From an uncultured Actinomycetes bacterium (GTDB taxonomy: Bacteria; Actinomycetota; Actinomycetes; Streptosporangiales; Streptosporangiaceae), in NCBI GenBank assembly GCA_963834685.1, contig CAWICW010000040.1, positions 10,124 to 34,123 of the forward strand: a stretch of DNA of 24,000 nucleotides, read 5' to 3'. Positions 1 through 7,847 of the stretch are shown piece by piece. The first letter of the stretch is position 1. Each line of letters begins with the position of its first letter. A model generated the notes under the pieces. That model did not search any database, was not told the origin of the DNA, and saw nothing but the letters and a program-made list of their open reading frames with translations. The position numbers were made by a program, and so were the translations under genes.

Positions 1-1262
1 GTCCACAGGGCCTGGATGGTGTACAGCGCGCTGCCGTCGGCCTCCAGGCACAGCACCGGCCGGTCCGGGGCGGCGACCGCCGCGCCGGTGGCGGCGGGCA
101 GGCCCTGGCCGATCGAGCCCCCGGTCAGGGTCAGCAGGCTGTGCCGGGCCGCGCGGGTCAGGGCGCGGGGCAGCGCGTAGCCCGAGGTGTTGGCCTCGTC
201 GGCCACGATGGCGTGCTCGGGCAGCGACACGGCGACCGTATTGGCCAGGCTGACCGCGGTCAGCGGTCCCGGCTCCGGGTCGGGCACGGCCAGGGGGGCC
301 CGGACCGGCTCGGTCCCGGCCGCGACACGGTCGGCGAGCAGGTCCAGCGCCGTCTCCACGTCTTGTCCTTCATCGGCCAGAACGGCCACCGAGCAGCCGT
401 CCGGGACCAGGTCGCTGCGCTGCCCGGGGTAGGCGAAGAACGAGACCGGGGAGCGGGCCCCGGCCAGGACGAGCCGACCCGGGGCACCCAGCTGGGCGGC
501 GGCCTGCTCGGCCAGGTAGGCCAGCCGGTCGACGGCCGGGACCCCGGCGCCGCGCTCCATCCGGGCCGGGAACGTCTCGGCCAGCAGCCGCACCCCGGTC
601 GCGGCGCTGACCCGGCTGGCCGCGTCCAGGCCACGCTCGGTCAGCGCCTTCCCGCCCAGCAAGAGCAGCACGGAGTCGCCGCCGGAGAGCAGATCGGCGA
701 CGGCCGCGACGTGGTCATCACCGACCGTCTCCGGCCCGGGCTGCGGCCGGGGCGGGGCGAGCGCGCCGCCGTCGCTCCACGACACGTCGGCGGGCAGGAT
801 CAGGGTGGCGATCTGGCCGCGGCGGGCCGCGGCCAGCGCGCGCATCGCGTCCTGGGCCAGGTCACGGGTGGTGCCGCTGGTGTGCACCCAGCCCGATACG
901 GTCCGGGCCAGGGCCTCGATGTCGGACTGCAGGGGCGCGTCGTAGCGGACGTGGCCGGTGGCGTGGGCCCCGACGATGGTCACCACCGGGCTGCCGGCCC
1001 GCCGCGCGTTGTGCAGGTTGGCCAGCCCGTTGGCCAGGCCAGGGCCGAGGTGCAGCAGGACCGCGGCGGGCCGGCCCGCGATACGGGCGTAACCGTCGGC
1101 GGCACCGGTCGCGACGCCCTCGAACAGGGCCAGCACCCCCCGCATCTGCGGCACGGAGTCCAGGGCGGCGACGAAGTGCATCTCCGACGTACCCGGGTTC
1201 ATGAAGCACACGTCGACGCCCGCCCCGGTCAGGCTGGCGATCAGCGCCTGAGCACCGTTCAC
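1..1262 (-). CDS. Thiamine-diphosphate-dependent enzyme, acetolactate synthase large-subunit-like (3' end lies beyond the left edge)
   Basis: It is absent from the ORF track because it has no stop inside the window. My reverse translation from GTG at 1262-1260 reads [35 protein letters not shown]...[28 protein letters not shown], an N-terminal ThDP Pyr-domain pattern. At the left edge it reads [45 protein letters not shown], the ThDP/Mg-binding region. The frame is open across all 1262 nt. The 695-aa plus-strand ORF 141..2228 is its antisense shadow. Confidence 0.85.
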   Translation of the reverse strand, partial: [420 protein letters not shown]

Positions 1263-1291
1263 CCGGCCGATCGTAGGCCACCGCGGGCCCG

Positions 1292-1427
1292 CCCGCGCCA
1301 GCGGGCCAAGCAGGCACCGCCCGCGCCAGCGGGCCAAGCAGGCACCGCCCGCGCCAGCGGGCCAAGCAGGCACAGCCCGCGCCAGCGGGCCAAGCAGGCA
1401 CAGTCCGCTTCAGCGGGCCGAGTGGGC
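1292..1427. repeat. 28-bp tandem direct repeat: four full copies (1292-1319, 1320-1347, 1348-1375, 1376-1403) plus a degenerate fifth copy (1404-1427) overlapping the stop codon of the dioxygenase gene
   Basis: The unit cccgcgccagcgggccaagcaggcac(c/a)g was read directly. Copies 1 and 2 are identical, and copies 3 and 4 are identical (AABB pattern, one base different). Each unit carries the hairpin GCCCGC-GCCA-GCGGGC. The copies are contiguous with no spacers. Confidence 0.9.
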
Positions 1428-2334
1428 TCCGGTCATCATGGCGGCCAGGTCGTCCGGGTGCAGGAACGAGGGCGGCGGCGGGGGCCCCCAGGCGAACAGG
1501 CCGCGGGCGCCCTCGAGGTCTTCCGGCGTCCACAGCTGGTCGTCGACGATGCAGTCCATGTCGGAGTAGTACTCGGAGAAGTTGCCCGCGGGGTCCTTCA
1601 GGTACCAGAAGAAGTTCGATCCCGCGTAGTGGCGGCCGAGGCCCCAGACGTGCCGTTCGGGCCGGCCCTCGAGCATGGCGCAGGCCCCGCGGCCCACGTC
1701 GTCGACGTCGTCGACCTGCCAGGACGTGTGGTGCAGGAAGCTCACCGGCGCGGCCAGGACCAGCACGTTGTGGTGGTCGGTCGAGCAGCGCATGAACGCG
1801 CCCACGCCCTTGATCCGGTCGCTGATCTTGAAGCCGAGCCCGTCGGTGAAGAACGACATCGTGGCCTGGGGGTCGGTGCTGCCCAGCACGGCGTGCCCGA
1901 GCTTGCGGGGGCGGACCCGGTCCGGGCGGGTGAAGCCGGGGGCCCGGCTGCCCTGCCGCTCGAACCGGCCAGGACCGTTGTAGGCAGTTGCCGGAATCGC
2001 ATCTTGAACAATCCGCGGGGCAACGTCCAGGCCGACGCGCACGCCGGTGACCGGCTCGGTCGCCTCCAGGCTGGTTTCCCGCAGAGCCGACGGGACACCG
2101 AGCCGGGTCAAGCCGGCCGCCGCGCGGGCCAGGTCGTCCGCGTCATCGGCGCCGACGCGCAGATCGATCAGCCGCCGGGTCGGCGCGGGCACCAGCCGCA
2201 GTTGGCGGCCGGCGTCGCAGGGTGCTGAACCACCCGCCCGCCTCCGGCGTGAGGCCGAACTCGGCGTAGTAGGCGGCCGTCTCCTCGACGTTCGGCACGC
2301 CGATGGTGACCGACCCCAGCCCGTGCAGGCTCAT
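1410..2334 (-). pseudogene. Two-domain VOC-superfamily extradiol ring-cleavage dioxygenase (catechol 2,3-dioxygenase-like), apparently interrupted by a 1-nt frameshift near 2216-2228
   Basis: ATG at 2334 is preceded by AGGAGG 4 nt upstream and gives MSLHGLGSVTIGVPNVEETAAYYAEFGLTPEAGGWFST, which then turns into junk and stops at 2143. The other frame continues CDAGRQLRLVPAPTRRLIDLRVGADD... into the 260-aa ORF 1410..2192. That ORF has VOC-type motifs: HAVLGSTDPQATMSFFTDGLGFKISD and HHTSWQVDDVDDVGRG. Confidence 0.7.
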
Positions 2335-2419
2335 CGCTCCTCCTGGTGATCCGTTGCCCTCACGGTAACTCCTGACCACGGGAACTGTGATGCCCGGCGG
2401 GGTGCTGGACCGCTGGCGA

Positions 2420-2433
2420 TACCCCAAGGGGTA
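2420..2433. promoter_or_regulatory. Perfect 14-bp palindrome TACCCCAAGGGGTA, a candidate CsoR-family operator in the divergent dioxygenase/csoR-like intergenic region
   Basis: Read directly. It sits 12 nt upstream of the GTG at 2445. It has the same ATACCCC..GGGTA architecture as the site at 2839-2854. From memory, AT-flanked GC-rich pseudo-palindromes of this type are what CsoR-family repressors bind. Confidence 0.6.
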
Positions 2434-2444
2434 CCCTGTCGGGC

Positions 2445-2717
2445 GTGAACGTGGACAGCGAGGAGCTCGGGGACGTGATCCGGCGGCTGCGGCGCGCGCA
2501 GGGCCAGGTCGGCGGCGTGATCCGGATGATCGAAGCGGGCCAGGACTGCTCGGACGTGCTGACCCAGCTGGCCGCGGCGGGCCGGGCCCTGGACCGGGCC
2601 GGCTTCAAGATCATCGCCAGCGGGCTCTGCCAATGCCTGCTCGACGAGCAGGCGGGCCGCGAGCAGGCCGCCGGCGAGCGCGCCCGGCTGGAGAAGCTGT
2701 TCCTCTCCCTGGCCTGA
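2445..2717 (+). CDS. CsoR/RcnR/FrmR-family (DUF156) metal- or thiol-responsive transcriptional repressor
   Basis: 90 aa. It shows the family pattern RLRRAQGQVGGVIRMIEAGQDCSDVLTQLAAAGRALDRAGFKIIASGLCQC. The size and helical-bundle signature fit the family. GTG start at 2445 (alternative GTG at 2451). Confidence 0.85.
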   Translation: MNVDSEELGDVIRRLRRAQGQVGGVIRMIEAGQDCSDVLTQLAAAGRALDRAGFKIIASGLCQCLLDEQAGREQAAGERARLEKLFLSLA

Positions 2718-2738
2718 CGCACCACGCTCCGTTCGGAA

Positions 2739-2786
2739 TGAAATCGGGGTTTCAGCACGCTAGAACCTAGTGAAATCCGGGTTTCA
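2739..2786. promoter_or_regulatory. Two copies of a TGAAA-N6-TTTCA inverted repeat (2739-2754 TGAAATCGGGGTTTCA; 2771-2786 TGAAATCCGGGTTTCA), 32 bp apart
   Basis: Read directly in the csoR-like/thioredoxin intergenic region. A further palindrome, CCGGGGAATTTCCCCCGG, lies at 2808-2825. Confidence 0.5.
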
Positions 2787-2838
2787 TCACCATGGGCGGG
2801 GACTAGACCGGGGAATTTCCCCCGGCTTGGCGTTGTAC

Positions 2839-2854
2839 ATACCCCTACGGGTAT
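2839..2854. promoter_or_regulatory. Palindrome ATACCC-CTAC-GGGTAT, a second candidate CsoR-family operator upstream of the thioredoxin gene
   Basis: Read directly. It lies 22 nt upstream of the ATG at 2877 and just upstream of the RBS AAGGAGG (2865-2871). It shares ATACCCC at the left and GGGTA at the right with the 2419-2434 site. Confidence 0.6.
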
Positions 2855-2876
2855 CCACGACGCAAGGAGGCGGACG

Positions 2877-3248
2877 ATGGCGACGGTCGAGCTTACGGCC
2901 GAAAACTTCAACTCGACGGTGAGCGGAGACGGCCTGGTTCTCGTCGACTTCTGGGCGGCCTGGTGCGGGCCGTGCCGGATGTTCGGGCCCATCTTCGAGA
3001 AGGCGTCCGAGCAGCATCCGGACGCGGTGTTCGGCAAGGTCGACACCGAGGCGCAGCCCGAGGTCGCGGCGGCGTTCAAGATCTCGTCCATCCCGACGCT
3101 GATGATCGTCCGCGACGGCATCGTGCTGTACGCGGAGCCCGGCGCGCTGCCGGAGTCCGCGCTGGAGCAGCTGATCACCAAGGCCACCGAGCTGGACATG
3201 AACGAGGTGCGGGCCAGCCTGGAGACTTCCGCCCAGAGGGCACAATAG
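2877..3248 (+). CDS. trxA: Thioredoxin
   Basis: 123 aa with the active site WCGPC in LVDFWAAWCGPCRMFGPIFE and the downstream SIPTLMIV motif. A strong RBS AAGGAGG lies 5 nt upstream of the ATG. Confidence 0.93.
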   Translation: MATVELTAENFNSTVSGDGLVLVDFWAAWCGPCRMFGPIFEKASEQHPDAVFGKVDTEAQPEVAAAFKISSIPTLMIVRDGIVLYAEPGALPESALEQLITKATELDMNEVRASLETSAQRAQ

Positions 3249-3253
3249 AGCCG

Positions 3254-4138
3254 CTAGGAGAGCACGCGGCGGCGGAAGTTGCGCAGCCCGATGGCCAGGA
3301 ACGCGGCGGCGAAGCCGATCACGACCGGGTAGATGACGTACAGGTGCATATGCGGCGCGTTGGTGAACGCGGCCCGCATCCCCTCGTTCACGTAGATGAG
3401 CGGGTTGATCAGCACCAACGTCTGCAGCCAGGGCCAGCCGCCCACGGTGACCGGCGCGAGCTTGGTCCACGAGTAGTAGGTGCCGCCCAGGAACGTGATC
3501 GGCAAGATGATGAAGCCGAACATCAGGCCGATGTTGCGCGGCTCGAAGCTGGTGCCGAGCACTAGGCCCAGGCCGGCCATCGCGATGCAGGCCAGCGGGA
3601 CGAAGGTCACGATGATCCACCAGTGCAGGGTCAGATGGGCCTGCACGCCGGGCGCGTGCACCACCGAGGCGATGGGCAGCACGATGATCGCGGACAGCAC
3701 GCCCTGGGCCGCGCCGGAGAACACCTTGGCCATCGCGACCAGCCAGATCGGGCACGGGGCCTGCACCCGGTCCTCGATCTCGCGGGTGAAGCCGAACTCC
3801 TGGGCCATGGCCAGCGCGATGGACTGCACGCCCTGGAACATGACCGAGATGCCGACCACGCCGGGGACCAGGATGGTCGCGAAGGCCGACTGCTCGACCG
3901 GCCCGTGGCCGCCGATGCCCTGCCCGATCTTCGGGAAGACGTACAGGAACACGAAGCAGAGCAGGAACGGCTGGATGAGCGTGCGCAGCACGAACTCCCA
4001 GATGTGCTTGCGCAGCACCACCAGGTCGCGCAGCAGCAGGGCGCCCAGCGCGGTCCAGCTGGCGGCGGCCACCGAGCGGGTGGGGCCGCCGCCGATCTTC
4101 GCGGCCGGGGCGCGCGGGGCCGTCGTTGACGTCGCCAT
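3254..4138 (-). CDS. ABC-2 type transporter permease
   Basis: 294 aa with about six hydrophobic spans (for example FLLCFVFLYVFP, ILVPGVVGISVMF, IIVTFVPLACIAMAGLGLVLG). Its start codon overlaps the stop of the upstream ATPase (TGATG at 4136-4140), indicating translational coupling. Confidence 0.85.
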   Translation of the reverse strand: MATSTTAPRAPAAKIGGGPTRSVAAASWTALGALLLRDLVVLRKHIWEFVLRTLIQPFLLCFVFLYVFPKIGQGIGGHGPVEQSAFATILVPGVVGISVMFQGVQSIALAMAQEFGFTREIEDRVQAPCPIWLVAMAKVFSGAAQGVLSAIIVLPIASVVHAPGVQAHLTLHWWIIVTFVPLACIAMAGLGLVLGTSFEPRNIGLMFGFIILPITFLGGTYYSWTKLAPVTVGGWPWLQTLVLINPLIYVNEGMRAAFTNAPHMHLYVIYPVVIGFAAAFLAIGLRNFRRRVLS

Positions 4139-5094
4139 CAGTCGCGCAGGTCCTTTCCGGTCAGGCTGATGAACACGGTCTCCAGGGTGGGCTCGGCGAT
4201 CGACACGTCGACCAGGTCGAAGCCCTCGCGTTCGGCCGCGAGCACGATCCGCGGGACCAGGCGGTCGGCGCCCTGCATATGCAGCTCAAGCCGGTCGTCG
4301 GCCACCCGGGTCCGGGTCACGCCCTCGACGTCCTTGGCCAGCAGCTCGGCCAGCCGGGCCGGGTCGCCGAGCGTGCGCACGGTGACGATGGTGTCGGCGC
4401 CGATGCTCTGCTTGAGCTCCTTGGGAGTGTCGAGGGCCAGGATGCGGCCGTGGTCCATGATCGCGACCCGCTGGCAGAGCCGGTCGGCCTCCTCCATGTA
4501 GTGCGTGGTGAGCAGGATCGTCTGGCCCTCGCCGTGCAGCTCGCCGAGCAGGTCCCACAGCGCGAGCCGACTCTGCGGGTCCAGCCCGGCGGTGGGCTCG
4601 TCGAGGAACAACACGCTCGGGCGGTGGAAGATGGCCCGGGCCACCATGAGCCGCTGGGCCATGCCGCCGGACAGGGCGTACACCGAGGCCTTGGCCCACC
4701 TGCTGAGCTGGAATTGCTCGAGCAGGTCGGTGGCGGTCTGCCGGGAGGCCTTGGCGCCCATGCCGAACAGCCGGCCGTGGAAGTACAGGTTCTCCCAGAC
4801 GGTGAGCTGGCGGTCCAGGGTGTTCTGCTGGGAGACGATCCCGCTCAGCTGCTTGGCCAGCGCGGGATGGGCCGCGACGTCGATGCCGGCGATGAAGGCG
4901 CGGCCGGAGGTCGGGACCACGCGCGTGGTGAGCATGCCGGCCGTGGTGGTCTTGCCTGCGCCGTTCGGTCCGAGGAGGCCGAAGATCTCCCCGGCGCGGA
5001 CGTCGAGGTTGAGCTTGTCCACCGCGGCGAAGTCCGTGCCCGGGTAGACCTTGGTCAGGTCCTTGGTGTGGATGACGGCGTCCGGCTCGCTCAT
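4138..5094 (-). CDS. ABC transporter ATP-binding protein (DrrA/ABC-2 exporter type)
   Basis: 318 aa with Walker A GLLGPNGAGKTTT, ABC signature LSGGMAQRL and Walker B VLFLDEPTAGLD. Confidence 0.93.
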   Translation of the reverse strand: MSEPDAVIHTKDLTKVYPGTDFAAVDKLNLDVRAGEIFGLLGPNGAGKTTTAGMLTTRVVPTSGRAFIAGIDVAAHPALAKQLSGIVSQQNTLDRQLTVWENLYFHGRLFGMGAKASRQTATDLLEQFQLSRWAKASVYALSGGMAQRLMVARAIFHRPSVLFLDEPTAGLDPQSRLALWDLLGELHGEGQTILLTTHYMEEADRLCQRVAIMDHGRILALDTPKELKQSIGADTIVTVRTLGDPARLAELLAKDVEGVTRTRVADDRLELHMQGADRLVPRIVLAAEREGFDLVDVSIAEPTLETVFISLTGKDLRD

Positions 5095-5107
5095 AGGTAA
5101 TCCAGCC

Positions 5108-5144
5108 TATGGCCTGCCGCGCCCGCCGGCCTCCGCCGGCCATA
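5108..5144. terminator. Nested GC hairpin (TATGGCC...GGCCATA enclosing GCCGGC-CTCC-GCCGGC) between the oxidoreductase remnant and the ABC operon start
   Basis: Inverted repeats read directly. There is no U-tract, so its function as a terminator or an operator is uncertain. Confidence 0.3.
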
Positions 5145-5162
5145 CACCAGGGGAGCCGGCGG

Positions 5163-5423
5163 CTACCGGTGGGCGCCGACCAGGTCGACGTGAATCCGGG
5201 CGGCGGGGGCGACGGTACCCGCCTCGTCGGACAACGGGCCGTAGGGGGTGCCGTAGACGGGGGTACCGGGTTCCTGGTGCCAGCTGTCGGCCAGCGATCC
5301 GGCGTCGACGGCGTCGTAGCCCATCGAGTCCAGGAACGCGGTCACCGCCGCCTCGGCCGCCACGCTGAGCCGGGCCACGGTGCCGCCGATCATGCCGCTG
5401 CCGATGATGCCTGCGGTTGTCAT
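5163..5423 (-). pseudogene. Remnant of an NADP-dependent (F420-reductase-like, COG2085-type) oxidoreductase with a large internal deletion
   Basis: The 86-aa ORF joins a Rossmann N-terminus, MTTAGIIGSGMIGGTVARL, almost directly to the family C-terminal segment, FLDSMGYDAVDAGSLADSWHQEPGTPVYG. As I recall, intact family members are about 200-220 aa, so roughly 120-130 central residues are missing. Confidence 0.55.
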
Positions 5424-5487
5424 GACCGCCGCAACCCCGGATCCCGCGCCGGCATTCCGGGCGCGCGATCCGGGGTGGCGGGCTGGG

Positions 5488-7056
5488 TCAGGCGCGGGGG
5501 CGAGAGCCGGAGGCCGGCACCGGAACCACGAGCTCGCCCAGGGACTCGCCGATGGCCTCGAGCTCGGTCACCGCGGTGATCTCGGCTGCGGGCTCGGCCG
5601 AGCCGGCTCGCGGGCGCAGGGTCAGGTAGCTGACCGCCACGCCGGCCGCCATCAGGGCGATCGTGACCAGCAGCCCGGTGTGGTAGCCGTCCAGGAACGC
5701 GTGCACGGGGTCGGCGCCGGACCGCAGCGCGGCGGCCCGGCGGGTGCTCAGCACGGCGCCGATCACCGTGATGCCGAGCAGCCCGGCGACCTCCCGCGAG
5801 GCGTTGAGCAGCGCGGAGGCGATACCGGCCTGCCCCGCCGGGGTGGCGGCCATGACCCCGTTGGTGAGCGGCACGTTCATCAGCCCTGCGCCCGCGCCGA
5901 ACAGCATGAACCCGGGCAGCAGGCTGGCGTAGCCGGCCTGCAGGCCCAGGCGGGCGAACAGGACCAGGCCGACCACCATGAGCAGCATCCCGAACGCCAC
6001 CGTGCGGTACGCCCCGGCCCGGGCCTGCACTCGCGGCGCGATCGCCGCGAACACCGCGACGCACAACGCCATCGGCACGAAGGCCAGGCCGGCCTTGACC
6101 GGCGAGAACCCGAGGGCCTGCTGCAGGTAGATCGAGGTGAAGAAGTAGATGCCGAGGATGCCGAAGGCCCAGATCATCATCGTGCCGGTGCCGCCGCTGA
6201 ACTCGCGGCTCCGGAACATGGCCAGGTCCACCATCGGGCTGGCCGTGCGCGACTCGATGACCAGGAAGACCGCGACGGCCACCGCCGCCAGCGCGAACGC
6301 GCCCACGATCAGCGGCGAGGTCCAGCCCCGGACGTTCCCCTCGATCAGCGCGTAGGTCAGCGCGAACAGGGTCACCGCAGAGGTGACCAGGCCGGGCAGG
6401 TCGAGCCGCCGCACCGCGGACTCCTCCCGGGATTCGCCCACGTTCCGCACCGCGATGGCGAAGGTGATCACGCCGACCGGGACGTTGATCAGGAAGATCC
6501 AGCCCCAGCGGACATGCTGGCTGATCAGGCCGCCCAGCACCGGGCCGGTGGCCAGGGCCAGCGCGCCGGCCGCGGCCCAGATGCCGATGGCCATGTTGCG
6601 TTCCCTGATGTCGCGGAACGTGGCCACGATGATGGCCAGCGTGGCCGGCATCAGCAGCGCCGCGCCGATGCCCTGGACGGCCCGGCTGGCGATGAGCGCG
6701 GTGCCGCTGCCCGCCAGCCCGGCGGCCAGCGAGGAAAGCGTGAAGACGGCCAGGCCGGCCAGGAACAGTCGGCGCCGTCCGTACACGTCGGCGAGCCGGC
6801 CCCCGACCAGCAGCAGCCCGGCCAGCGTGAGCAGGTAGCTGCTGACCACCCACTCCAGGCCGGCCACCGACAGGTGCAGGCTGCGCTGGATGGTCGGGAT
6901 CGCGACGTTGACGATGTTGTTGTCGAGATAGGTCATGAAGGCGGCCAGGCTCACGGCCGCCAGCGCCCACCAGCGCCTGGAGTCCTGGCGCCCCGTAGAC
7001 GGATCCGCTGACACGGTACTCGCTGACACGGCGATGTCCTTTCCCCTGGGGCTCAT
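5488..7056 (-). CDS. MFS transporter, DHA2 (EmrB/QacA, 14-TMS) drug:H+ antiporter family
   Basis: Motifs: [21 protein letters not shown] and [20 protein letters not shown] (MFS motif A), with many hydrophobic spans. I prefer the ATG at 7056, because the 13 codons from the GTG at 7095 have poor GC3. Confidence 0.9.
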   Translation of the reverse strand: MSPRGKDIAVSASTVSADPSTGRQDSRRWWALAAVSLAAFMTYLDNNIVNVAIPTIQRSLHLSVAGLEWVVSSYLLTLAGLLLVGGRLADVYGRRRLFLAGLAVFTLSSLAAGLAGSGTALIASRAVQGIGAALLMPATLAIIVATFRDIRERNMAIGIWAAAGALALATGPVLGGLISQHVRWGWIFLINVPVGVITFAIAVRNVGESREESAVRRLDLPGLVTSAVTLFALTYALIEGNVRGWTSPLIVGAFALAAVAVAVFLVIESRTASPMVDLAMFRSREFSGGTGTMMIWAFGILGIYFFTSIYLQQALGFSPVKAGLAFVPMALCVAVFAAIAPRVQARAGAYRTVAFGMLLMVVGLVLFARLGLQAGYASLLPGFMLFGAGAGLMNVPLTNGVMAATPAGQAGIASALLNASREVAGLLGITVIGAVLSTRRAAALRSGADPVHAFLDGYHTGLLVTIALMAAGVAVSYLTLRPRAGSAEPAAEITAVTELEAIGESLGELVVPVPASGSRPRA

Positions 7057-7127
7057 GTACGCCGTACCTGTATGACGTTCATATACGTCGTACACGTACG
7101 TTGTAAATCGTTGCTTGTACGGCGTAT
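7057..7127. promoter_or_regulatory. Divergent TetR/MFS promoter-operator region with GTAC-rich inverted repeats
   Basis: GTACGCCGTAC (7057-7067) is the reverse complement of GTACGGCGTA(t) (7117-7127). Between them lie GACGT-N6-ACGTC and ACGTACGT. The region is locally AT-richer than its surroundings. Confidence 0.5.
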
Positions 7128-7136
7128 GGTTGTCAA

Positions 7137-7847
7137 GTGATGGATACGAACCCGCGATCGGAGGAGCCGGACGGCGAGCGGACGCGCCTCAGCAAGCGCG
7201 CCGTGGTCGACCGCGCGCTCAAGCTGGCCGACGCCGACGGGCTCGAGGCGTTGACCATCCGCAAGCTGGCCCAGGACCTGGGCGTCACCCCGATGGCGCT
7301 GTACTGGCATTTCCGCAGCAAGGACGACCTGCTCGAGGGCATGGCCGAGCAGGTCTGGAGCGAGATCGAGGTGCGCGTCGATCCGTCGGTCCCGTGGTGG
7401 GCCCAGCTTCAGGCCGGACTGGAATCCCTGCTCAGGGTGCTGCGCGCCCACCCGGCCGCGCCCCAGCTGGTACTCGAGCACGAAAAGCAGAACGAGGCGG
7501 CGCTGCGGGCCACCGAGGCCGCCCTGGAGATCCTGCGCGGCGCCGGGTTCGATCCGCAGCACGCCAGCGAGATCGCCCGCAGCACGCTGTGGACCGGGAT
7601 CACGCTGGTCATGAGCGAGGCCGGCTACCACCCGGAGCTATCGGAGGACGAGCGCGCCGAGCATCAGCGACGCACCGAGATCACCTTCGCCATGCTGCCG
7701 GTCGCCGGGTACCCGCGGCTGGTCGAATGCGCCGCGCCGATGTCCAGCTGCGACCCGGACCTGCACTACCGGCTCGGCGTCGAGCTGTTCATCGCCGGGG
7801 TCCGGGCCATGGCCGAGCGGTACGGACGGGACCCGGCTGGTTCGTAA
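7137..7847 (+). CDS. TetR/AcrR-family transcriptional regulator
   Basis: N-terminal HTH: LSKRAVVDRALKLADADGLEALTIRKLAQDLGVTPMALYWHFRSKDDLL. It is divergent from the MFS gene. The start is GTG 7137 or ATG 7140. Confidence 0.92.
   Translation: MMDTNPRSEEPDGERTRLSKRAVVDRALKLADADGLEALTIRKLAQDLGVTPMALYWHFRSKDDLLEGMAEQVWSEIEVRVDPSVPWWAQLQAGLESLLRVLRAHPAAPQLVLEHEKQNEAALRATEAALEILRGAGFDPQHASEIARSTLWTGITLVMSEAGYHPELSEDERAEHQRRTEITFAMLPVAGYPRLVECAAPMSSCDPDLHYRLGVELFIAGVRAMAERYGRDPAGS

Noticed and set aside
1292-1403. The 28-bp repeats as a possible CRISPR array
   Set aside because: The units are contiguous with no spacers, there are only four copies, and no cas genes are nearby. It is a tandem repeat, not a CRISPR array.
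141-2228. 695-aa plus-strand ORF, the longest in the track
   Set aside because: Its translation is Arg/Gly/Pro-rich junk with no motifs. It is exactly antisense to two minus-strand genes with clear homology (the ThDP enzyme and the extradiol dioxygenase). It is a typical high-GC shadow ORF.
2360-3755. 279-aa and 322-aa minus-strand ORFs spanning the csoR-like/thioredoxin region
   Set aside because: They are antisense to two clearly recognisable plus-strand genes and cross an intergenic region full of regulatory palindromes. Their composition is Ser/Arg/Pro-rich junk.
5380-7011. 543-aa plus-strand and 516-aa minus-strand ORFs (5420..6970) overlapping the MFS gene
   Set aside because: Both are low-complexity Arg/Gly/Pro/Asp-rich translations. 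The 5488..7056 frame carries real MFS motifs and hydrophobic spans.
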